Shown: in pieces, positions 54,176-64,000 of the stretch
How positions within the stretch are numbered: the stretch's first letter is position 1
Layout: the number at the start of each line of letters is the position of its first letter
DNA from: Amoebidium appalachense
Lineage: Eukaryota > Protista > Ichthyosporea
Direction: 5' to 3'
DNA: 64,000 nucleotides
NCBI GenBank assembly: GCA_963693365.1
Contig: CAVNZM010000011.1
Location: 7,087,921 to 7,151,920, forward strand
The notes under the pieces: generated by a model
Database searches by the model: none
What the model saw: only the letters and a program-made list of their open reading frames with translations
Told to the model about the DNA's origin: nothing
Translations under genes and position numbers: made by a program

Positions 54176-55136
54176 TGAATGCGGAACACGGTACAAAGTA
54201 CGCATACACGACGAGAAGCATGGTGCAGGACACATGCAAAGGCAAACATTCAAGTATGCAACATCAGCCATGTGCACAGTATGCGTCATAAGCAGAGCCC
54301 ATCCTCAGGGAGGACCCAAGTCATCAATTGCGTCTGAGTTTCGACCCCTTAGCCCGCGTATATACGACACTCCAACTCAGACAGCAGCATCAACTGAGCT
54401 TGGGCGGGTCAACCCGTCTTGATCAAAGACGAGCAGGGTTGCTTATGGGGGGGGGGGGGGCAAGTTTGGTTATCGGAAGACCGAAGATAGGGGAACGGTA
54501 CGGTTGCCACTGGTGCTAGCGCTCCCAACCATGACTAAATCTGCCCCCTCCCCCCCCCCCTCCCCCCCGGCCCCCCACCCACATACACACAAAAGGAGGA
54601 CACAGGCAAAGCAAATTCATTATTCTTATGCACGGCCCGTTCAAAGTACACTCTGCAAGCCGGCCCAACTTGAACACTCTGAAGTGACCGAGCAGTGACT
54701 GGACTGTTCTCTTCCCCCCCCCCCCCCCCCCCCCCCCCCCTCCCCCCCGCAACAACAACAAATCCCATCCCACACAAACACCTCAAAACCCGAACACTCA
54801 CAGCCTCCCTCCCTCCCCCCCCCCCCCCCCCCCCCCCACACACACACACCCACCCCCCCCCCCCTGCCCCTCCCCAGTGACCCCAAACACCCCCATCCCC
54901 ACCCACACACATACCTGGTTGAGCTCATCCTTAACTATGGCCGTGATGTCCTGATCCGTGATAGTCTTGCCCGTGTCAGCCACCGCCTTAAACCGCACAA
55001 ACGCCTTGTTGACGTCCTCATCCGTCAGATCGTCGTAGCCCAGCTCGATGAGGCGGGCCTTAAACGCGGCACGACCACTGTGCTTGCCCTGCAAATTTGG
55101 AGGGAAGAGTGTTGTGTGTTTGTGTGTGTGTAGTGT

Positions 55137-55177
<41 letters not shown>

Positions 55178-55343
55178 TATGAGATTACAATGCGGTGCAG
55201 GACAGAAAGGTTAGACTCACAAGACAGAATACCGCACGAACATGTAACACGCCCACCGCTGGTATGGAAACGGGGGGGAGGTGAGAGAGGGGGGAGGGTG
55301 GGATAGAGCGTTCATCGTACATTGCGCCTGTCCCCCTCCCCCC

Positions 55344-55374
<31 letters not shown>

Positions 55375-55810
55375 AAAATCCATCCCCTCCACACACACAC
55401 ACCCCCTCTGGCTCTGGCAACCATGTCTCTCTCTCCACACACACACACACACACACCACACAAAGAGCCACACACACACACCGGAGCATGTCCAATCACT
55501 CACCATAACGAGCGAAGTGTGCACACCCACAGTCTCCGGTCGGATAATCTCATACGTCTGCGCATTCTTAAGCATACCGTCCTGGTGGATACCAGACTCG
55601 TGGGCGAATGCGTTGGCTCCGACAATAGCCTTATTTGGTTGTACCACCATGCCCGTGTATGACGACACGAGATTAGATGATCGCATAATCTGGTATGTAT
55701 CGATCTCGTGAACCACCGGGTAGTAGTCTGGGTGGGTGGTGATGGCCATCACGACTTCTTCGAGGGAAGTGTTGCCGGCACGCTCACCGATACCATTTAT
55801 GGTGACTTCA

Positions 55811-55855
<45 letters not shown>

Positions 55856-56565
55856 CATGTGCGTAGGTGTGTGTATGTGTGTGTAGGCATTTGTTGCGCG
55901 CGTGTATGAGCGTGAATGAGTGTGTGTGTGTGTGCGTGTGTTGTTAGGGACGGGAAGAGGTGCTAGAAGGTGTGAATGGATGATATGCGTGATCGGGAGG
56001 GGGGGGGAGGGGGGGGGGGGGGAGGAGGAGGGAGGGGAGGAGGATGGCAGAGAGATAAAGAGCCTTACAAATGATATTGTACACATTCCCGACAGACAAC
56101 TCAAAGCAGATTTAGCAAAGCACACACCAACAGTATGCACCATAAGCAAAATTCATCGTATGTGTGTGTGTCTGTGTGTGTTTGGGGGGTGCGGGGGTGG
56201 GGGTGGGGGGGGGGAGGGGGGGGTGAAGCTCGGGAAGAGGGGAGTATAGTGCTAGAGGGTGGCTAACACAGAAGATATGATATTTCCTCCCCCCCCCCCC
56301 CCCCCCCCCCCGAGCGCCCACCTCCCCCCTCCCCCCTCCCCCCCCCATCGACGCTCAACAAAAAAAAAAAAAAAAAAAAAAGAGAGAAGCTCAAACAGAA
56401 ACAGAGTAAAAGAACAGCATGATACCTGGCGTGCACCGTTGACCACACCCGCTAGGGTGTTTGCGGTGGCCAGACCAAGGTCGTTGTGGCAGTGCGTGGA
56501 GAACACAACGTCCTTAGCACGGGGCACGTGCTCTACAAGGTACTTGATGAGCGCACCGTACTCCT

Positions 56566-56633
<68 letters not shown>

Positions 56634-57119
56634 CGCGTGGGGACGAGGTGTAGAGGGGGGCAAGGGGGGGGGGGGGGGGGGGGGGAGGAAGCGGGTCAGA
56701 AGGATTTGCACGGTACAAAGTCGAAGCTCACAACGGATAGCATTTGCGCACTAAGTATGCAATATGGGTAGAGCCAATCCACCTAAGGAGCACAGGTCCT
56801 CAAGGGGGGTAGATAGTAGAGAGGAGAGGTGAAGGGGGTGGGGAGGGGGCAAAGGGGGAAGGGGGGGGGGGGGGGGGGGAGGGGGGGGGGGGGGAAGGGA
56901 AATGGTGAAGGGGGAGAAAAATAGAGAGGGAGGGAGGGAGAAAGAGAGGGAGGGAGAGAGGGAGAGAGTGAGAGAGAAGGACAGACAGAGACAGAAAAAT
57001 CAAGAGAAAGAGTAAGGGACACACACACATACACAGAGAGAGAGGGAGTAAGGGACAGAGAGACAGGGGGAAGAGAGAGATGGAGAAAGGGGGAGGGAAA
57101 GAGAGAAAGAGAGAGAGGG

Positions 57120-57181
<62 letters not shown>

Positions 57182-58158
57182 CAGAGGTACATACGGGTGT
57201 GTTATATCCGACGGTATCGGGTACGTTGATGGTGGTAGCCCCGGCCTCAATGGCCGTGGAAATAACCTTCACAAGGAAATCCTTCTCACTACGGCCTGCA
57301 TCCTCCGTGCTGAATTCAATGTCGTCACAAAGAGACTTGGCATAACTCACCATCTCCTTAACCTGGTAGGGGGGGTTGTTAGTTGACATTGATTTTGGAA
57401 ATTAACAAACTGATATTAAGGATCAATGGTTCAAATAGACTATGTACACTGTCAGACTAGCAAACTTTAGCAGCCACCGGCTGAAATCGCTATGGCATGT
57501 GACGTCGACCTGAGATACTTCCACCAGTGTGACGTTATTTCAGGGTTGAAATTATCCCGAAAGTCTGTAGTCTGACGGGGTACGTAGTCTATTTTGAACC
57601 ATTAGTCACTAATAGTGCCATAGTAGGGATAGCTCTCTTGAATTTGGAACTTGGAAACTGCGATTAGGAATACTGTCGTTGCTCAGCTTACCATTACAAA
57701 GATAATAAGGTACGGAAACCGGGGATACATGCTTTTTTGACAGTTCAAATATCGATATTTATAGAACCATACCAGGCATGATTCACCGTCTCATGTTTAA
57801 CAGGTTGACCAGGTCTAAGCAATCGTCGAGGCACGGTATTGTTAATGCCAGAGCAGGCCTGGCTTACCATAATGTATCCCGAACATATCCGAAAAAAGGT
57901 CTAAACTCGGCTGAGCACATCGTTAATCGAATTTGGATACTGTGGTGGTAATAGTAAGTTGTGTGTGTGTTCGCGCACTAGTGCCTGTGTGTGTGCGTGC
58001 GCATGCATGTGTGTGTGTGTCGGGGTGGTGGTGGTGGTGGGGGGGGGGGGGGTCTATACACACCTGCTGAACACACTGCTCACGGGTGATCTTGAGCTTG
58101 TATTCAAGGTGGATGTCGCTGGTAGCAAGGAACGTGTGGATGCGGTGCCTGTGTGTGT

Positions 58159-58189
<31 letters not shown>

Positions 58190-59899
58190 GGGGGAGGGGG
58201 GTGGCTCTTGTCAGATCACAGGGGGGAACTTGGAATGATGAGTACTGTGTAGCAACCCTTGGTGTGAGCCTGAGGGTGTGTGTGTGTGCCATGTGTCTAT
58301 GTGATGCGGCGAACCCTTACCAGATGCGTGTGTTTGTTGCCTATCGTTGTAGCTCCTCTGACAGAGCATAAACAAATGTATGAAGCAATCGGGCGTGTTT
58401 TTGTTGCCTATCGTTGTAGCTCCTCTGACAGAGCATAAACAAATGTATGAAGCAATCGGATGATTTAGTTGGGTGTTGAACACAGACATCAGGGGGGGGA
58501 AGGAAGGAAGGGGGGGGGGGGGGGGGGGGGAGGGGGAGAGAGAGAGAGAGAGAGACAGAAAGGGGGAGGAGGGGTCAAAAACAAACTTGTTTCTTCTTTT
58601 GAAATGTGTCCCCCTCTCCCCCTAACCCCCGGCTCCCCCTCACATGTCTTGAATTGTCTTTCTCCAGTAAATGCTGTTTTTGTGTGTGCCTTCTTGTGTG
58701 GTTGTAGTGGTGTTCGTGTGTGTGGGTTTGTGTGTGTGTGTATGTGTGTGTGTGTATGTGTGTTTCTGTTGGGGAGGGGGAACATGCTAAACACATGCGC
58801 AACTGGTGAGGCTCACCCTCTAACGGAAGGAAAGAGCGGGGGGAGGGGGGGGGAGGGGGGAGGGGGGGGCGAGCAGTTACTGTACGTACATAGCATGAAG
58901 GAGGGAGGTAGGGAGGGGTAGTGTGTGTGTGTGTGTGTGTGTGTTTGGGGGGGGATCAGTACTTTGGTGCTTCCTTGATAGCCTCGTAACAGCGGTCAAT
59001 ATCCTGCTTCTTGGCCCGGGCAAGGCCAGCAATGATCATCGGCTCACCACTCTTACGGCCGCCAATAAGAGGTCCAACCTCTGTGTCCGGGGGGAAGGTG
59101 GGCGGGGCGGGGGGGGGGGGGGGGGGGGGAGGGAGGGGGGGGGGGGGGGACAAAAGGGACGTCAGTTAGGATGTGGTGGCGCGGCCGTGCGGGCAGTGGA
59201 AGATTGAACAAGTTGTGGAGCTGATGATTGAACCGTGTACTTCGGATCGCTCACGAAGCAGAAGTACCTAAGCAAAAAGAAACCCAACGGGTAAACCACA
59301 CGGAAGGAGGCGAGGGCTGGGGGGAGAGGAAACACGCCGTGAGCCATCAAAAAAGTTTTTGTGTCGCACGCCTGTGTGTGGAGAACAGTTGAGGGGAAAC
59401 ATACCACGAGCAATTCTCCTCACGGCCTCGAAGTCGCCATCTGAAGCAATCGGGAAGCCAGCCTCACACACAGTGACACCGAGGCGGGACAGCTGGCGTG
59501 CAATGTGGATCTTCTCTGGGATCGTAAGGGTCACGCCGGGAGACTGCGTAAAACACAGGTTTGGTCAGAATGCTACATCGAGAACATGTGTAGTGAGGGG
59601 AGAGGTGGGGTCCCCACTCCATCAAACATCATCATCCCTTATTACCGATCACAGAACAACAAGTCAAGGCTAACAGAAAGGGCAAGACGACTCATCGTTA
59701 ATGAAAGCTGCACGTTCTACGGTGATGCTTGGAAAAAAAAATATAGCCACTTGCATGAATAAGTGGGGGGAAGCGTCATAACAACAGAAAATCGGGAAAC
59801 TACAGCACCGAAACCACTTGAACCCACCTGCTCGCCATCACGAAGGGTGGTGTCGAAGATGATAAGGCGGTCCTTGCTCTTCTCCTGTGCGGGACTCAT
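52618..59899 (-). CDS. leuA: 2-isopropylmalate synthase (bacterial/plant LeuA type with C-terminal regulatory domain)
   Basis: Exons 59899-59828, 59543-59405, 59080-58963, 58148-58064, 57362-57195, 56566-56426, 55812-55504, 55088-54915, 53932-53765 and 52941-52618 join in phase. Motifs: [77 protein letters not shown]. Confidence 0.96.
54174..54447 (-). mobile_element. Intronic structured repeat, full copy C
   Basis: Near-identical to copy A in reverse complement. G-runs flank both sides on the + strand. Located in an IPMS intron, sense to the host. Confidence 0.88.
57416..57612. mobile_element. MITE (~200 bp) with long TIRs, TA-flanked, in an IPMS intron
   Basis: AATGGTTCAAATAGACTATGTACACTGTCAGACTA (57425-57459) matches the reverse complement of 57568-57603, AATGGTTCAAAATAGACTACGTACCCCGTCAGACTA. 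TA occurs at 57414-57415 and 57613-57614. Confidence 0.8.
58326..58459. repeat. 67-bp tandem duplication
   Basis: GCGTGT(G/T)TTTGTTGCCTATCGTTGTAGCTCCTCTGACAGAGCATAAACAAATGTATGAAGCAATCGG occurs twice. Confidence 0.9.
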
Positions 59900-60681
59900 T
59901 TTCCTCTTTTGTCTTCTGAGACTTTCCTGTCGTCTAACCTTTTCTCGGCTCTATATTCCCAAGGAAAAAACTAATAAATAAACTCCTGAGATGGCGGGAG
60001 GAGTGAAAGAAAAAGGCACGAAAGCACCCCGTGTGTTTGTGTGGCCGAAAGCCGCGAAAAAACATCTCATGAGCCTGGCGACATGAGGCTTATATACCCG
60101 CCGGTAGGAAAGCGATCGGATTACCCATATATGGGAAATCGGCTTGCGCCTGATTCGCCAGCCGGTGAGCCTGACGCAGGCGCCCACGGCGGCGGCCGCG
60201 CGCGTGGGTGGCCATTGGGTGCGTGACGTAGCGCGTGCTGCTGTTTGTTTTGATTGGCTCTGCTAATGACAGCTAAAAATTTTGGCGCGAAACGCTAATG
60301 AGTGAGCCTGAGCCTTTGTGTTGAAGACACAGCCTGGCCATGGCAGGTTTTTTTTTTATTAGCTAGCAAACCTACCAAAAGAGTAAGAATTTCGGCCCAG
60401 ATAAATTTGTGAAGAGACCGTAAAACCACGCAGCATGAGTTGACAGATACTATTTTCCTCTTCCCCTTCTTTTCCTTAACCTCGCCCACGCTACGCTTCC
60501 TTGGACCTGTAGAGGGCGTGACGCGAAAGGTGGTTGTGTTCGTGAAGGAAGCCCTTAGCTCCGGTAGAGCGCGCGTTTCACAAGATGACCCTCTTAAATT
60601 CACAGATTTTAGTGTAGCCGTTCTGTATTATACTATTTGCAAGATTTTAGTGTAGCCGTTTTGTATTATACTATTTGCAAG
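59900..60681. promoter_or_regulatory. Probable bidirectional promoter between IPMS and the divergent gene
   Basis: Microsatellite-free, CpG-rich interval between divergent starts. Contains ATTGG/CCAAT (~60214, ~60253), TGACGT (~60224) and TTTTGGCGCGAAA (E2F-like, ~60280). Confidence 0.5.
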
Positions 60682-60682
60682 A
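60604..60682. repeat. 38-bp tandem duplication directly upstream of the ATG
   Basis: AGATTTTAGTGTAGCCGTT(C/T)TGTATTATACTATTTGCA occurs twice. Confidence 0.9.
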
Positions 60683-60885
60683 TGGATCGAAAACCTGCTG
60701 GGCGGCCGGCCCCGTCGCAGCCGGCGCAGACGTCAAGAGGTGAGTGAGACAAGGAAACATTTTGGTGTCACAGGTTATTTTTTTCGTGCTGTATTTAGAG
60801 GGAGGACACAGGGGTGTGGGGTGGGGGGAGGGGAGGGGGAGGGAGAAGGCGGAAATAGAAACAGGTAGATGGGTATATGTGTGCT

Positions 60886-60937
<52 letters not shown>

Positions 60938-60955
60938 TTCCTTAGTGTGTTTGAG

Positions 60956-60992
<37 letters not shown>

Positions 60993-62000
60993 CCCCCCGC
61001 CCCACCGCGCCCCTTTCCCTCCCTTCCTCCCTCGCTCGCTCTCCCTCCCTCTTTCCCCCCTCTTCTCTCCCCCCCCCCCCCCCTCCCCTCCCCCACCCCT
61101 CCCTCCCTCTCCCCTTCCCTCCCTTCTAACCCACGTCTCTCTTACTTTCTCTCTCTGTGTGTGCCTGCGTTTAGAAGTGATGTGTGCGTGTGTGTTTGTG
61201 TGGGCATGTACGTGTGTGGGTGCGCATGGGGCAGATGCGCAAGTGCCCTCACCTGGGAGCTTGTTGTCCCCAGATCCACTCGTTCCTCCTGCCCCCCTTC
61301 GGAAGCGCCCCCCCCCCCCCCCCCCCCCTCCTCCCCCCCCCTCCCCCCCGCCCTTTCCGGCACCCGTCCCTTCGTAGGATGCCATGAATCTTCACGCACT
61401 CCTCCCAGTCCTGTTTGGTCTCACCCTCTGTTGCTTTGCTGACTTCCCCCCCCCACAAAATAACCACCAACACACACGCAAATACATCGCTTCACCTCTT
61501 CCTTCCCTTTACCTCTTCCCTCGTTTTCTATCTGTCCGATCACTCTCATTCGGCCACACCCATCCCTCTGGTCGACGCATTTTCAACACCCTGTCCCAAC
61601 AGTCTCATCAATCCCCCCTCCCCCCCCCCCCGGCCCAGCCCCCCTATAAAATACGTCTCTTAGTATATATATATATATATCTATATATATATATATGTAT
61701 GTATGTATATATGTGTATATATATATATGGGGGGGGGGGGGGGGAATATACATATATAATATATATATTGGGGTGGGGGGTGGGGGGTGGACAATCGTTC
61801 TAACCCCGGTCCTAGTCCGAAACACACCGGAGTTGTTGCCTGACCCCTTCTTCCCGCCCCATCCACACACTACACACGCGTATCCACCCGGGTGTGCATG
61901 TGCACACGCACACGCGTACACACGCACGCACACACACACCTTACATACACGCCTGCACACACCCGTACACACTTGCACACACATGTACCTCACAGGCACG

Positions 62001-62042
<42 letters not shown>

Positions 62043-62121
62043 CACACACATGCACTCACGCACACACACGCACACACGCACACATGCATGCACACACACA
62101 CACACACCTGTGCGCGCACAC

Positions 62122-62211
<90 letters not shown>

Positions 62212-62567
62212 CGGCTTTATCACAGGTGCCAGTACAAGGCCCACCGCCACATCTATCCACCAAAAAGACACCTCCGGACAAGTGCGCCCGGGGGTTCGAA
62301 CCCTGCCTTCCTCGACCAGAACCAACGCACCTTTACAAGCACCAAATGGTGCATCAAGCAAACCGAAATCAGTTCAAGCGCCTAGAAAAGACATAACAGG
62401 ATCAAGAAATGTGCATGCAGTACCAAGCAACCCAGATGGTGCAAGCAGTACTGACACCGCGGCCGCCGGAGGGGCAGCAACCGGCGAGAAAGCTGCGCGG
62501 GAGAATGGTGCAGCAAGTGATTCCGCGGCAGTGGCGACTGGGGTTCAAGGGCAAAATGGCGATGCTG
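60682..62567 (+). CDS. N-terminal exons of an unknown low-complexity protein; downstream exons unresolved
   Basis: Exon 60682-60739 ([19 protein letters not shown], donor GTGAGT) joins 62226-62567 in phase (GASTRPT...QNGDA, donor GTATGT). No recognisable domain. Confidence 0.55.
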
Positions 62568-63118
62568 GTATGTTGTTCTTCTGGGGAAAATAAGTATTTT
62601 TTGAACAAGAAATCATACCTAGCCACGAGACTATGCTATATAATATGTTTTGGGGCTCATGAACACTGACACAGCACATGCACGCTCGTTAAACCAACCA
62701 CCGCATCTTCCAATCTAGCGTCTGGGCGCTGACCACCCGAGAGCCACTTTCCTCAAATGCTTCTCACCAATCAAGAGATTAAATCAAATTGTGTCACATG
62801 CCGATGTCGACATTCGACAGAGCCAGCTTCTTCGTGCCTTTTTCAGCCCGGCGGCTGCACGACGTCATGGAATTTGTGCAAAGAATGACATCACCAACGT
62901 GGCTCCCCGCCCAGACGCTAAAATGGAAGTAGCGGTGGTTGCTTTAATAGGTGCTTTCACGAACTCATTACCATGTCAGCATGCATGCAGACAACCTGCC
63001 ACCTCACACCTGGGAATACACAAAAGCTTGAACACCGACACGGGCACACACACACACACACACATGCAACGAATACATCAAATTTGCCTACACAACCACA
63101 CTTACTCCCCCCCCCCCC

Positions 63119-63160
<42 letters not shown>

Positions 63161-63398
63161 CCCTCCCCCCTCCCCCCCTCCCCCCTCCCTCACCCCAACC
63201 ACCACCACCATCACCACAACCCATACCGACACACCCATACCTTGTTTAATTTCAAACCCCCCCCCCCCCCCCCGCCACCAGCCTTCCCCCGCTCAGGTTA
63301 GGTTCGACTCAAATCGCATACTCCTTATATGTGCCCTTTTCTGCAAAGTCTGTCTTGTGCTGTCCATCGTAAATGTGTGCTTTGTATTCTGACACTCT

Positions 63399-63438
<40 letters not shown>

Positions 63439-64000
63439 TCCCCCCATCTCCCTCCCTCCTTTCCCCCCCTCCCTCCCCCCCCCCCCCCTCCCCCCCCTCC
63501 TCTCCCCTCCCTGGATATTTATCTCCAGTCACAGAGCAGGACCTATCGGTCAGCATCCGGGAAACAGTGTGGCAAAATTTGCTACTCCTTGGCTTTCAGG
63601 TACCAACCCAACCCCCCCCCCCCCCCCCTCCCCTCCCCTCCACTTTCTTCCTCCCTTTTTATCCGCATCCATTTCACCTTATGTTCATCGTTCCTGCCCA
63701 TTTGTCGCTGCATGCCCATACCCATATGTTATAACAGGTGCATGTGTGTGCCTGTTATGTCTAAGTGTCCTGTGTGTGTTGGGTTTTTGGTCTGAATTGT
63801 GTGCATACATGGTATCGTGTTGCCTAAAACCCCTCCTCCCCCGCCCATCCCCCCCCCCCCCCCCCTGCTCCCCCCTTCCCCCCCATTTTTGCAACCCACC
63901 ACTACCACCACGACTGTGGTATGAAAAAACCATTTCTTCAGGCCCAACTTATATAAACACATCCGCCTCTTCAACTATCACAACACCAACACACAGACAT

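Overview
Eukaryotic genomic DNA rich in introns. It is probably from a non-animal unicellular lineage; this is an inference from the branched-chain amino-acid synthesis genes. Introns and intergenic DNA are saturated with poly(C)/poly(G) runs and (CA)n/(GT)n microsatellites, so most of the supplied ORFs are artefacts. Spliced genes reconstructed by hand: the 3' part of dihydroxy-acid dehydratase (+), a disrupted BTB/beta-propeller gene (-), a 6-exon DDE transposase with an embedded WRN-type 3'-5' exonuclease (+), an F-box/LRR pseudogene (+), an F-box/JmjC (JMJD6-like) gene (-), an intact F-box/LRR gene (+), 2-isopropylmalate synthase (-), and the start of an unknown gene (+). Mobile DNA includes a Gypsy integrase/PPT/LTR remnant, a 4-kb TIR element and a MITE. 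The most interesting item is a ~280-nt intronic repeat family. It is always sense to the host gene and ends in CGCATTCAA followed by poly(C). Its ~160-nt core shows compensatory changes supporting a multi-stem RNA with a pseudoknot. All domain calls are from motif recognition, not database searches.
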